Assembly: GCA_963674805.2 (NCBI GenBank)
Contig: CAXXNY010000016.1
Location: 183,990 to 247,989 of the forward strand
Length of the DNA: 64,000 nt
From: Christensenellaceae bacterium
GTDB taxonomy: Bacteria; Bacillota; Clostridia; Christensenellales; CALMFG01
Reading direction: 5' to 3'
Shown here: in pieces, positions 28,530-38,554 of the stretch
How positions within the stretch are numbered: position 1 is the stretch's first letter
Layout: every line of letters starts with the position of its first letter
Translations under genes and position numbers: made by a program
Notes under the pieces: model-generated
The model's input: the letters and a program-made list of their open reading frames with translations, nothing else
Databases searched by the model: none
What the model was told of the DNA's origin: nothing

Positions 28530-29573
28530 TTATTTATTCCCCACCGAATAAAGGCTTGACTGCCTGATTCTCATCTCCGGCTGATAGATAATACTCTTAT
28601 ACGGGTGCTTGTCCCCTTCGATACGTTTCATCAGCAATTCTGTTGCCGATGTCCCAATATCACTCTGAGCAAGATTAACGGAGCTGAGCTTCGGCTTCAT
28701 AATCTTACAAATTGAGATATCATCCATGCCGATAATCGCCATTTCGTTTGCAACGTCAAATGCCTTTTCATCGAATGCCTGATACATGCCCATCACGATA
28801 TGGTCCGCCGATACACAAATTGCGGTAGGCCTTTTATCCATTTCTAAGAATTTCATTCCTGCTTCGTATCCGAATTTCTCGTTTACTTCACCGCTGAAGA
28901 CATAATCCGAATTCACTTCAAGATTATTTTCTTTCATTGCGGTTATGAACCCGTTATATCTTTCCCGCCCAGTTTGACAGCTGATGTCCTGGCCGACATA
29001 CCCAATTTTGGTATGACCCTGCTCAATCAGGTGGTTGATAGAAAGCACAATGCCCTTCTTCGCATCAACTCCCACAAAATCACATGCAGTCTCGAATTTA
29101 TCCAGAGCTTCACATCCAATGCTGCATAGCACAACCGGCCTGTTAATCCGCCGAATCATTTCGAGATGCTTTTCAGTATAATTGACAGAAACAAGGATAA
29201 GACCATCCACAAAATTGTTGCCAAGGTTGCTCAGCATTTTAATTTCTTCATCTTCGCTCTCTTCTGTACTATTGATGAGTAGTGAATATCCGTTGTCTTT
29301 ACATATACTCTGCACTTTTTGTATCATGCTTAGGAAAAACAAGTCGCCAACCATGGGGATAGAAAGCATAATCTGCTTGGTTTCCATAGTTTTAAGATAT
29401 CTTGCCGCCGGATTCGGTTGATAGCCCAATTCCGCGACAATATCCATAATCTTTTTCTGTGTTTCCGACGAAATGCTGCCTTTTTGATTTAATACCTTCG
29501 AAACGGTAGCAGCGGAAACGCCTGCTTTTTCTGCTATGTCATAGATGGTTGCGTTCTTGTTTTCTTTTTTCAT
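28530..29573 (-). CDS. LacI-family transcriptional regulator
   Basis: 347 aa. The N-terminal HTH is TIYDIAEKAGVSAATVSKVLN, followed by a periplasmic-binding-fold effector domain. Confidence 0.92.
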   Translation of the reverse strand: MKKENKNATIYDIAEKAGVSAATVSKVLNQKGSISSETQKKIMDIVAELGYQPNPAARYLKTMETKQIMLSIPMVGDLFFLSMIQKVQSICKDNGYSLLINSTEESEDEEIKMLSNLGNNFVDGLILVSVNYTEKHLEMIRRINRPVVLCSIGCEALDKFETACDFVGVDAKKGIVLSINHLIEQGHTKIGYVGQDISCQTGRERYNGFITAMKENNLEVNSDYVFSGEVNEKFGYEAGMKFLEMDKRPTAICVSADHIVMGMYQAFDEKAFDVANEMAIIGMDDISICKIMKPKLSSVNLAQSDIGTSATELLMKRIEGDKHPYKSIIYQPEMRIRQSSLYSVGNK

Positions 29574-29589
29574 TCATCTTACCTGTTCT

Positions 29590-29607
29590 AGTATATCGAT
29601 TACCTTA
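29590..29607. promoter_or_regulatory. Operator-like half-palindrome (reverse complement TAAGGTAATCGATATACT)
   Basis: Shares AGGTAATCGAT with the site at 28498-28515. It lies 17 nt upstream of the LacI start. Confidence 0.4.
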
Positions 29608-29750
29608 TGTTTATCACCATTTATACAACTTGTCAAGAATTAAAAATAAAATTAGCGCTTTTTATTCACTTATTCGTTGTTTTATCGTAATTTAACCATG
29701 TATCTTGCATATTATTTTCCATTTATGTGTATTTAATGTTAGCAAATTAC

Positions 29751-29764
29751 GGTAAACGATTTCC
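29751..29764. promoter_or_regulatory. Operator-like site GGTAAACGATTTCC
   Basis: Differs by one base from GGTAATCGATTTCC at 28500-28513. It lies upstream of the LacI gene. Confidence 0.45.
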
Positions 29765-29847
29765 CTTATTTATGCTTTTTTAGTCCCGAAATTATCAATT
29801 CTGCAAGGAAACATGATTTATAAACCGCCCTTTATTAACCCAAAACT

Positions 29848-29874
29848 GAAAAAGGCCGCCGCTATGGCAGCCTT
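29848..29874 (-). terminator. Rho-independent terminator after the SIS/hexokinase operon
   Basis: The minus strand reads GGCTGCC-atagc-GGCGGCC (one mismatch) followed by TTTTTC. Confidence 0.6.
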
Positions 29875-29894
29875 CTAATCACAATTAGACTTAT

Positions 29895-31196
29895 CTAAAG
29901 CATACTCAACCCGACCAGCCCGATACCTTTCAGTGCCGCATTGTCCACTTTTTTCAGCACCGCATATATCCCTTTCGCTTTCAGCCAGCTATATATCAGT
30001 TTCTCAACCTCCTGCTTTAATCCCGGCAGTGAGTAATATGTTGTCCCTTCCGAGATGATACAGATTGGCCTGTCCGGATTCTGCCCCCTGCCGCTTCTTA
30101 CTGCTGCGCCGGCGATTTCGAGTGCAATCAGCTTTGCACCGCGCTTAATCAAGGATGTCCCGATTGCCTTAAGAAGCGCCTTGTCTCTTTTACTTCCGCA
30201 CATACGTGTATACGCATCCCGAGTCGGCATAAGGCCCATGAAACGGCTGAAATCAAGCGTATCCGGCGGTTCGGCTGCATAAAAAGCCTTTAGGAAACCG
30301 CCAGACATGAGGCCCTGTTCAGCCGCAATCGAAATAGTCTGCCAGAAAAGCTGCCCGATATATCCACCGCTGATCATCTTTTCAAGCAATGCGCTGCCCG
30401 GTCTCCCGGATGCTTTGTCCAAACGGTAATCTGCTTCGCCCCGCTCTATACCCGAATATTCGCCTGACTCAACATTGATGTACATCGTTCCCTCACACGG
30501 ATACGATAGCTTTGTGATATACCGGGATTGTTCTGCGTAACATGTGTTAGTGCCTGTTCCAGTCACCAATCCGATAAATCCGTCATAGCTTTTGCTTTTA
30601 TTCGACATAGCGGCTGCAACGCCGATTGTATCGTTAAACACGATGATGTCCGTATCGTCAAAACCGCGCAGCGCCAATGCCCTTTCAAGCCCTTCACCAA
30701 GCCTGGCCTTTGGAAGACCTTTGATCACAAGCTCTTTTGAAAGCGACCCCGCATATCCATCATGATCCGGTAACGGCGTAATCTCATGCGCAAAAGAAAA
30801 GCTGATTTTTTTGGTGAATGCCAAATATGGCTCAGCGTACCCCGCAAGCGTATTAAAAAACTGCTCTGCGGTAACAGCACATTTTCTGCCCGGCAACTCA
30901 AAATGATCCAGTCTGCCCATACACAGCCTGCCGCGTTTGTTTAAATAAAACAAAGCGATGCGCAGATTTGTCCCACCGACATCTATCGCGATAACAGCGC
31001 TTTTCTGTTTCGGCTCCAGCCTGCCCGATATAAACGAAGGCACCATGGGCAGCCCGCCGTTGCCGTTTAAACCGTCTTCCATATCTCTGTAGTATTTGAT
31101 TAATTCCGCATCCAGATCAATGTTGTTTTCATGCATCCCAATCTGTTTCATAAACGTATCCGAAATGCTTACTATTTTCTTTCTCATAACCGTCAC
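29895..31196 (-). CDS. Hexokinase-family sugar kinase (eukaryotic-type hexokinase fold)
   Basis: 433 aa with hexokinase-like motifs LPMVPSF, DVGGTNLRI, FSFAHE and NDTIGV. The start is uncertain (GTG 31196 overlapping the SIS stop, or ATG 31187). Confidence 0.75.
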   Translation of the reverse strand: MTVMRKKIVSISDTFMKQIGMHENNIDLDAELIKYYRDMEDGLNGNGGLPMVPSFISGRLEPKQKSAVIAIDVGGTNLRIALFYLNKRGRLCMGRLDHFELPGRKCAVTAEQFFNTLAGYAEPYLAFTKKISFSFAHEITPLPDHDGYAGSLSKELVIKGLPKARLGEGLERALALRGFDDTDIIVFNDTIGVAAAMSNKSKSYDGFIGLVTGTGTNTCYAEQSRYITKLSYPCEGTMYINVESGEYSGIERGEADYRLDKASGRPGSALLEKMISGGYIGQLFWQTISIAAEQGLMSGGFLKAFYAAEPPDTLDFSRFMGLMPTRDAYTRMCGSKRDKALLKAIGTSLIKRGAKLIALEIAGAAVRSGRGQNPDRPICIISEGTTYYSLPGLKQEVEKLIYSWLKAKGIYAVLKKVDNAALKGIGLVGLSML

Positions 31197-32224
31197 TTCG
31201 TAATCGTTACTTTTTTAAGATTTCTGGGCGCGTCCGGGTTCATACCCTTTGCCTTAGCAATCCCGAACGCAATCAGCTGTGCGGCCGCCAGCTCAATCAA
31301 AGGCTGAATAAACATATTCACGTCCGGTATCATTAAACTTTGCGCCGCCTTCTGCGCAATTTCCTTATCCGGCGTTACGACAAATACATCGGCTCCGATT
31401 TTGTTGAGCTTATCCAGTATCTCCATTTCATCCTTCTTCATTTTACCACCGCTGCTGTACAAAAAAACCGGCATTTTATCCGACACCATTGCTAGCGGGC
31501 CATGCCAAAAATCAGAGATTGGGTAGGCCAATCCTATAGCATAGGAAGTTTCCTGTATCTTAAGTGCGGCTTCTTTTACAATAGGGTATAACAGCCCTCG
31601 CCCCAGCACAAAGCACTTGTCCATATACTTATAGCTTGCCATATCATGAACGATTTTATCAGCTTGCTTTAAGAATAGTTCCAGCTCTGTGCCCATCGTT
31701 TCAATGGCATTCAAAAGCTTTGGATCCTGATGCATTACAGCGGCGAGAACCAAAACAGCACACAGTTGTGCCATAAAAGTTTTGGTTGCCGCCACGCTTT
31801 TTTCCGTGCCCGCATTACAGAAGAAATGAAAATCAGCCGCTTTGGCGACGGGTGAATCCGATTGATTGGTACAGGCGAGCGTTACGGCTCCTTGCGCACG
31901 AGCGTGTTCGATCACAGCTTTCACGTCTTCTGCCATCCCGGATTGCGTAATACCAATAATCAGCGTATTTTTATAGTCTATTTTGCTGTTATAGACAGTG
32001 AGTACTGACGGTGCTGCAAGGGAAGTGGGTATACCTAGCAAAATCTCAAAACAATATTTTGCATATACTGCAGCATGATCGCTTGTTCCTCGCGCCGCAA
32101 TCACAATTGTTTTGGGCATTGATTGCGTTAGTACGCGTTTGATTCCTGTAATCGTTTTTTGATTTGCTTGAATCAGGCTTCCAATAACCAACGGCTGCTG
32201 TAAAATTTCATCATACATAAACAT
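31193..32224 (-). CDS. Double-SIS-domain protein (FrlB/AgaS/GlmS-C-like deglycase or deaminase-isomerase)
   Basis: 343 aa with the SIS motif GITQSGMAEDV and a second SIS half. The RBS is GGAGG. Confidence 0.8.
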   Translation of the reverse strand: MFMYDEILQQPLVIGSLIQANQKTITGIKRVLTQSMPKTIVIAARGTSDHAAVYAKYCFEILLGIPTSLAAPSVLTVYNSKIDYKNTLIIGITQSGMAEDVKAVIEHARAQGAVTLACTNQSDSPVAKAADFHFFCNAGTEKSVAATKTFMAQLCAVLVLAAVMHQDPKLLNAIETMGTELELFLKQADKIVHDMASYKYMDKCFVLGRGLLYPIVKEAALKIQETSYAIGLAYPISDFWHGPLAMVSDKMPVFLYSSGGKMKKDEMEILDKLNKIGADVFVVTPDKEIAQKAAQSLMIPDVNMFIQPLIELAAAQLIAFGIAKAKGMNPDAPRNLKKVTITK

Positions 32225-32599
32225 AATTCAATCCTCCATTAAAATTCAGAACAAAAAAACCACCAGCAATATAGCTATCATGGTCTTCATTCAATATTTT
32301 TAGATGTTGGTTAATGAAATTATCGGGTTGGGTTCGGAATTTCAAAAAGATAGTAACACAGGCAAAGGAGACATGTCAAGTCCGGTATGATTGAATTCAG
32401 CGAACTTAAGCGGGAGACTTCTTAAGATCGTTTCCCTATTAATTAATAAAACAAACGTTTATTAATTAAATAGTCATTTTGCAAACAGAGTACCTGTTTG
32501 GTTTTCACTTTTTGCGTCCATTCTGTTTAAATCCGTGGGGCAAGGTCAAAGCAATCGGTCTCTCGTTTTTCCACTAAATGATTTGATATATCCGAAACA

Positions 32600-33106
32600 T
32601 CATTTCAAAAACATTTCTAATTGTTGTTCTTGTACTTGGTCTAATTTACCAAACACTTTCGTTGCTTGCATTGTGCTTACATCATACTCAATAATAGCAA
32701 CACCTTCTGACACCAAGTGCTTATATGTTGAAGCATAATATTCAGCAAGCGATAAGTTTTTCTTTTCCGAAAAATCTTTTAAAACAAATAAAATTTTGAT
32801 ATCTTCTTTTTTCAATAAAGAGAAATAGAGCATGACTTCATTCCAAACAGTTAATTTTGCGCTTGGGACATTCCCACCCGTTGTCCATCTATGAGATTTA
32901 CATTCAACTATGATTTTTAAGCCATTATCTAATTGTCCGCCTAAGTCAAATCGGTGCTCTTTTTTTATCTTGCCAGTTCCTAAAGGTATTGCGTAATTTG
33001 TTTTTAATATTATCCCTCGTTTAGAAAAATACTGAAATGTACTTTTTTCAAAATCTTTACCTACATGGGCATTACTAATTGATCCTTCACGTTGAAAATT
33101 ACTCAT
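32600..33106 (-). CDS. Orphan PD-(D/E)xK nuclease-fold protein (restriction-endonuclease-like)
   Basis: 168 aa from the ATG at 33106 (GGAG 5 nt upstream). The candidate catalytic motif is FDLGG...(11 aa)...IIVECKSH. The gene is AT-rich and has no adjacent methyltransferase. Confidence 0.55.
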   Translation of the reverse strand: MSNFQREGSISNAHVGKDFEKSTFQYFSKRGIILKTNYAIPLGTGKIKKEHRFDLGGQLDNGLKIIVECKSHRWTTGGNVPSAKLTVWNEVMLYFSLLKKEDIKILFVLKDFSEKKNLSLAEYYASTYKHLVSEGVAIIEYDVSTMQATKVFGKLDQVQEQQLEMFLK

Positions 33107-33331
33107 GTACACTCCTATTCAAATTTCAAATTCTATCTGTATATCAACACATTTACTAATACGCCTATGAGCCTTCATTTCGATCCCTAGATACCAAAAA
33201 GCCCGAAATCTAGGGCGACCTCCGGTACCAAATGTCATCATTCCAAAGAAATATCAAGCCTGCGAATGGACTCCCCCCTAATGTTGACACCCAAGATAAG
33301 ATAATAATACAATCTTTTGGAGGACCAAAAC

Positions 33332-33460
33332 ATGGGCAGAAGGACATTTAGCAAGGAGTATAAGCTTCAAACCATCAAGCAGGTTACGGAGCAAGGTAAA
33401 CGGATTAGCGTTATCTCTCAAACGCTAGGCATCACCGAGCAGACAATCTATGCCTATTAA
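33332..33460 (+). mobile_element. Truncated IS3-family orfA (HTH part only, 42 codons)
   Basis: MGRRTFSKEYKLQTIKQVTEQGKRISVISQTLGITEQTIYAY* matches the IS3/IS150 OrfA N-terminal pattern (RRTFS.E.KLQ...LGI....Y). The rest of the IS is missing. Confidence 0.75.
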
Positions 33461-33467
33461 ACTACTT

Positions 33468-36137
33468 TCAACTTAATCCCATAATATTTACTCTGTAAAT
33501 ATAGCTGTTTGACTCATGATAGATTTTGATTATCTCACTGTTGCTTATATTGGTAATTTCATATGTTGAAAAAATATATTTTATCCCAATATCATCCAGA
33601 TCTTTATAATATAAATATATACTCAACGAGTCCGGAGCAACTAGTTCGGGATAAGTTTCCCCCTCAGTAACCAATTCAATGCCAACATATGCAAAACGGT
33701 TATAAACATTCTCATATAGGCGTTTGGAATCAAGGATTTCCCACAATTCCATATTCGGATAATAGTTGCATGAATTAATTGTCGGTGCGCCACAGGCTAT
33801 TGTAAAACCGCTGGTGTAGTTACCAAGCGCAATCCATTTTGCATCGGGCTCTTCCTCTGTTATATTCATAATTTGCTTTGCTACAGGCTTTGAATAAATC
33901 GTTTCCAATCCCTTCATCAACGGATTAACCGTAATTCCGGAGATTAAAGCGATTAATATTAAAATCCCGGATGTAACTTTATACATTTTTTTACCATAAG
34001 AAACGATTAAAACAACCAGACCGGATAAAACAAAAAACATAAGCAACATAAACCAGTACGGCATATAACTCTGATTAACGAAATAGCTGGTAATAATCAT
34101 AAACAGAGCATTAATGATTGCGAAAATAATCACGGCTTTACGTGATTTTGGGGCTATATACCTAAATTTCTCAACTAGCAAAACCAGCAGTATCATAAAG
34201 CATAAAGTTAAAATCCCGTTCGCCCGTGCGCTTGTTGAATAGTCCATTAGGGTGACTTTAGCGAGCCATTCCGGGAAACCAATCGCAACAAATACTAATA
34301 AGAACGCACTATACGCTAACAACAGGATAAGTAAAAGCTTATCAAATTTGTCTTTTGTCTTAACGGCCATCCATAACCCCCCGGCAATAGGAAATAAACC
34401 CAAAAAGAAAAACGAACTCGGCTCGCAAGGATTGCCGTAATCCTTATAAGGGAAACATATTTGATTAATATTGCTAAAGACACTGCATAATGTGCGAGTT
34501 CCACCCGTTTCAAACCGCTTCCCGGGATATACCGTAGATGAAATCAACTCTATATATGGAAGATTTGCCTTGAAATATGAGATAATAATGCTGACTGAAA
34601 AACAAAAACACACACCAAGGATGATCCAGTCCACCAATTTTATTTTTTTTACTTTTTTGATATTACTAATAATTAACCATATTAGTAGTAACAAAATAAA
34701 ATAGCCCAGAGGAACTTGCCACGCCGGGTATAGTTTGCAAACAAAATTTGATCCTGCAATTGCAAGTCCTATCGCAAAAAAACTTTTTTTCCAAAGCTTA
34801 TTTGAATTAAAAAAATAGTAAACAAAAACAATAAGGGCAATAGCGCTTATAAACTCAGTATCAAAATATGACCACCATACTAGAAAGGGAGATAATCCAA
34901 AGAGTAAACCACCGGCGGCTGAAAGCACCTTATTTTTTTTTGTCAGAATATAAAACAGTTCTGTTGAAAATCCAATAGCAAACAACATAAGGCCAAACCA
35001 CCACCAGCTCATGCCGTATTCTACGCCGAAAAGCAAAAATCCCCAAGAATGCACAAATGCAAGCGCACCTAAGCCATAATACATTCCATTGCTTGTATTC
35101 AGAGTTGATGTACCACGTAGAATATTGTTATAAAGCGAAAAAGCATCTTCTCCCCAGGCTGCTGCCAGTTTTCTCGGCGTCGCATTTGTCCATTCGTCTG
35201 TCCGTATAATCCTTGGCTTTCCAAGAATGGGATCTTTATACGCACCACCGAGGCCTGGTTGTATAAAATCGTCATACAGTCCAACGGAAGAGCCATGATA
35301 TTTACTTATTACCAAAAAGATAAAAATAGTTAGGAGTATCGGCCACCTGAACTTAAATATAAAATTATACATGCGCCTTTGATCCAACAGGCTGTTTAAG
35401 GCAAGAAAATAAAGGGCTGCTGCAAAAAAAACAGATCGGTCTCCTAAATAGCTGTTATAAAATAACCACTCTAAAAAAACAGCGGATTCTGCTAAAATCA
35501 GGGCTAAAACCAGGGCTAAAAGAGCTTTCTGAAGCTTCGAAAAATGCTGTCGAATAGATTTTCTAAATAAAATAAGTATTCCAAAAACAACAAACAAAAA
35601 CAGAGTAAGCACATATTTATATTGAGTGTGTTTGAAAAACAAGCCATAGCGATCTGCGAATACGCATTTAAGCGCAACGTTTTCTCCTTCATGTGAACTG
35701 ACAACAATTTTGAGTTTTGGATTTGAGAGCCCGACAAAAAAAGAAGAAAAAGAAACACCATAACCAACTTCGCCGGATTTAATAATAGCCCCACCATTAT
35801 CATCATAAACTATATAAGTATAGTTGGTTGCTTTTGAAGGCTCAATAAAAAGACTTATGTAATTTAGATCTCCTTCATATGTTTTAAGAATGATTTCCCG
35901 ACTGTTGGACATCTCATCATTTTTTATTTTGTCAATATCAAGTGCTTGAATTGCCGGGGGAGCAGGCACAAATAATTTTACAATTACAACACCTAGACAA
36001 AATAGAAGGATACCAATAATACCTATTAATATAATGGATTGCTTTCGTCGACTTTTTTCTGTTCTTTTGGTCCTCATTTCCTGATTTACTTCTTTCCTTT
36101 TATAGTCATACATTACTTTCTCATGACGCGTCTTCAT
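33468..36137 (-). CDS. Large polytopic membrane protein, putative GT-C-like glycan transferase/polymerase
   Basis: About 889 aa. It has one N-terminal TM, a ~110-aa extracytoplasmic segment, then many TM helices and a C-terminal soluble domain. The family was not recognised with certainty. Start taken at ATG 36137 (the track start is GTG 36146). Confidence 0.55.
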   Translation of the reverse strand: MKTRHEKVMYDYKRKEVNQEMRTKRTEKSRRKQSIILIGIIGILLFCLGVVIVKLFVPAPPAIQALDIDKIKNDEMSNSREIILKTYEGDLNYISLFIEPSKATNYTYIVYDDNGGAIIKSGEVGYGVSFSSFFVGLSNPKLKIVVSSHEGENVALKCVFADRYGLFFKHTQYKYVLTLFLFVVFGILILFRKSIRQHFSKLQKALLALVLALILAESAVFLEWLFYNSYLGDRSVFFAAALYFLALNSLLDQRRMYNFIFKFRWPILLTIFIFLVISKYHGSSVGLYDDFIQPGLGGAYKDPILGKPRIIRTDEWTNATPRKLAAAWGEDAFSLYNNILRGTSTLNTSNGMYYGLGALAFVHSWGFLLFGVEYGMSWWWFGLMLFAIGFSTELFYILTKKNKVLSAAGGLLFGLSPFLVWWSYFDTEFISAIALIVFVYYFFNSNKLWKKSFFAIGLAIAGSNFVCKLYPAWQVPLGYFILLLLIWLIISNIKKVKKIKLVDWIILGVCFCFSVSIIISYFKANLPYIELISSTVYPGKRFETGGTRTLCSVFSNINQICFPYKDYGNPCEPSSFFFLGLFPIAGGLWMAVKTKDKFDKLLLILLLAYSAFLLVFVAIGFPEWLAKVTLMDYSTSARANGILTLCFMILLVLLVEKFRYIAPKSRKAVIIFAIINALFMIITSYFVNQSYMPYWFMLLMFFVLSGLVVLIVSYGKKMYKVTSGILILIALISGITVNPLMKGLETIYSKPVAKQIMNITEEEPDAKWIALGNYTSGFTIACGAPTINSCNYYPNMELWEILDSKRLYENVYNRFAYVGIELVTEGETYPELVAPDSLSIYLYYKDLDDIGIKYIFSTYEITNISNSEIIKIYHESNSYIYRVNIMGLS

Positions 36138-36274
36138 ACTACACACCCAAACAATGCTATCTTCTAATATTAAATAAAATCGATAAAAAAGAATCTGCTA
36201 GATTTTCTAATTGCAATTGGAAATAATCGATGTATAAAAACCTCTCTGCTCCGGTTAGCAGGCTCAGTTATTAC

Positions 36275-38554
36275 TTACTGCTTATATCTCCGGTTTATAA
36301 AATCCCTTTTTATACTATAATCCACGGTTTTTGTAGTCAGATTAATATTGTAGTATGGATCCACTTTATAAAAGTAATCCCCGTGACGCTCCTTTAGAGA
36401 CTTTTTCTCCATCTCATGCTTGGCTTCCCTTTCAGGTGTATCGTCATACCCTCGAGATTTGGATTCATAATGATATGCTTCCGCATAAGGGGTAAATACA
36501 TTTTCATATCCGTGCTCACGCAGTCTTAAACAAAAATCCACGTCATTAAATCCGATTGCAAATTCTTTTTCGTTCAGCCCGGAAAGCTCTATATACTTTT
36601 TTTTACTAATCATTAGCATTGCAGCTGTAACAGCAGATACATATTGGTTAACACACAGTCTCGCAAAATAGCCCGATGCATTCCGTCCATAACCTTTAAA
36701 GGAGTGTCCGGCACTGTTATTTATGCCAACAACGATACCTGCATGTTGAATCGTATCATCATCAAAATACAGTTTTGCCCCCACGGCACCCACCTCATCC
36801 TTTTGGGCAAACATCAGCATGTTTTCAATCCATTCAGATGTTATAATTTTGATATCATTATTCAAAAGCACAACGTATTCACCTTTTGCATATTGGTACA
36901 CCGCGGTATTATTAATTTTTGAATAATTGAACTCGCCTATATAATCATAAAAAAATATCTTATCTGTTAATACTCTTAATCTACTTATCTCTTCATAGGT
37001 TTTTTTGTCTTCACTTTGATTATTTATACAAATGATCTCAAAATTCGTATAGGTTGATTTCTCAAGTATGCTTGTAATACAATCCGTCAGCAAATTTATC
37101 TTATCCCGAAAGGGAATAATGATACTTACTAATGGGGTACCTGTTAATATATACTTAACGCGATACGTTCCTGGCATCCTTCCGTCAATGACCGTTGCGC
37201 TCTCCCCGCATCGGTTTATTGCATTTTGAACAGCAACGCGCCCCGCAGTTTGTGCAAATTCTTTTTCACTAAACTGAGCCGCTGTGGAACCCTCAACTGC
37301 TCTCCAATGATAAAGAATCTTTTGAATGTGGGCAATCCTATTCGTTTTTTCCACGATTTTTAGGTATAGGTCATGATCCTGTGCACCTTCCAGGCCAACC
37401 TCCCATCCGTCGACGTCTTCAATAAGTCTCCTTTTAATAGCAGTAAGATGATTGATATAGTTCTGGGCCTTCAGTAACTCATAATTAAATCCCGGTTTAA
37501 AAAATGCAAAGCTGTAAATATTAGTACTAAATAGATTATCTTGATCTGAATAAATAAATTCTGCACCAGTTTCATTGATGCATTTTGTCAGTTCATATAG
37601 AGCGTCAACCGTTATCATATCATCGTTATCCAGGAGTACTACATACTCCCCCTCCGCCATTTGCAAAGCTTGGTTAGATGTCCCTGAGATATTTAAATTT
37701 TTATTTAAAAACTTAATTTTTATTTTCCTATATTTTATACTTTTTAAATATGCAACCGTTTTTGTATTAGTACTGCAGTCATCTGCAATACAAAGCTCCC
37801 AATTTTTGTACCATTGCTTTTTGACCGATTTAATCGCGGATTTCAGCCACTTCACATCAATATTATAGACCGGCATAATGATTGAAAATAGCGGCTTAAC
37901 TTCAAATGATTTTATAGTTTTTTTTACCCGCCATGTTTTTATCGGCTTTTTATAATCTATAATTTGAGATTCCTCTCCATTCCCAAGGAATACTGCTCGG
38001 GTATACTTATCGCCATATTGAAAAAAGCACTTAATACAATTTCTGACTGTCAGGGCCCTTATATTCTTTCTTTTATTGTTCTTAAACACAACAAATCCAT
38101 CGTTACTTCTTGTGTCCTCCAAAAATCCGTAATTAAGAAAATGATAAAGCGGATTTATCCCGCAATATTTTACATCTTTGTTGACCTTTAAATACCTGCC
38201 TGCGTTAAAATTTGCGCTGGGATTGTAATTTAAAATAAATCCAAATAGAAGGTAGTGTATAAGCGGCTGAACATCAGATAGTTTTTCATTGTAATACGTT
38301 TGTCTATAATATGCCGCATCAAACAGGGTTGATTTATTTATCAGGTAGTATTGTTGAATCAGAGTTAAAATTTTTTCTTTGAAGCTCTCTTTCATAGAAA
38401 CATAGTATAAATCGATAATATTTAATTCTACCTCATTAAGAAAATCTGATCTTTCGTTATAAATCTTAAGCAACTTTCTTTTTATTCCCCAGAAAAACAA
38501 ACCCGAAACAGGATATTTATAAAGACCCTTAACAAAAACCCTAAATTCTTTCAT
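36275..38554 (-). CDS. Multidomain glycosyltransferase with two GT2 domains
   Basis: 759 aa. The N-terminus has FDAAYY...NP..HYL..G-type repeats. Two GT2 modules follow (FSIIMPVYN...DDCS...DNDD and VSIIIPFRD...NNDI). Confidence 0.82.
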   Translation of the reverse strand: MKEFRVFVKGLYKYPVSGLFFWGIKRKLLKIYNERSDFLNEVELNIIDLYYVSMKESFKEKILTLIQQYYLINKSTLFDAAYYRQTYYNEKLSDVQPLIHYLLFGFILNYNPSANFNAGRYLKVNKDVKYCGINPLYHFLNYGFLEDTRSNDGFVVFKNNKRKNIRALTVRNCIKCFFQYGDKYTRAVFLGNGEESQIIDYKKPIKTWRVKKTIKSFEVKPLFSIIMPVYNIDVKWLKSAIKSVKKQWYKNWELCIADDCSTNTKTVAYLKSIKYRKIKIKFLNKNLNISGTSNQALQMAEGEYVVLLDNDDMITVDALYELTKCINETGAEFIYSDQDNLFSTNIYSFAFFKPGFNYELLKAQNYINHLTAIKRRLIEDVDGWEVGLEGAQDHDLYLKIVEKTNRIAHIQKILYHWRAVEGSTAAQFSEKEFAQTAGRVAVQNAINRCGESATVIDGRMPGTYRVKYILTGTPLVSIIIPFRDKINLLTDCITSILEKSTYTNFEIICINNQSEDKKTYEEISRLRVLTDKIFFYDYIGEFNYSKINNTAVYQYAKGEYVVLLNNDIKIITSEWIENMLMFAQKDEVGAVGAKLYFDDDTIQHAGIVVGINNSAGHSFKGYGRNASGYFARLCVNQYVSAVTAAMLMISKKKYIELSGLNEKEFAIGFNDVDFCLRLREHGYENVFTPYAEAYHYESKSRGYDDTPEREAKHEMEKKSLKERHGDYFYKVDPYYNINLTTKTVDYSIKRDFINRRYKQ

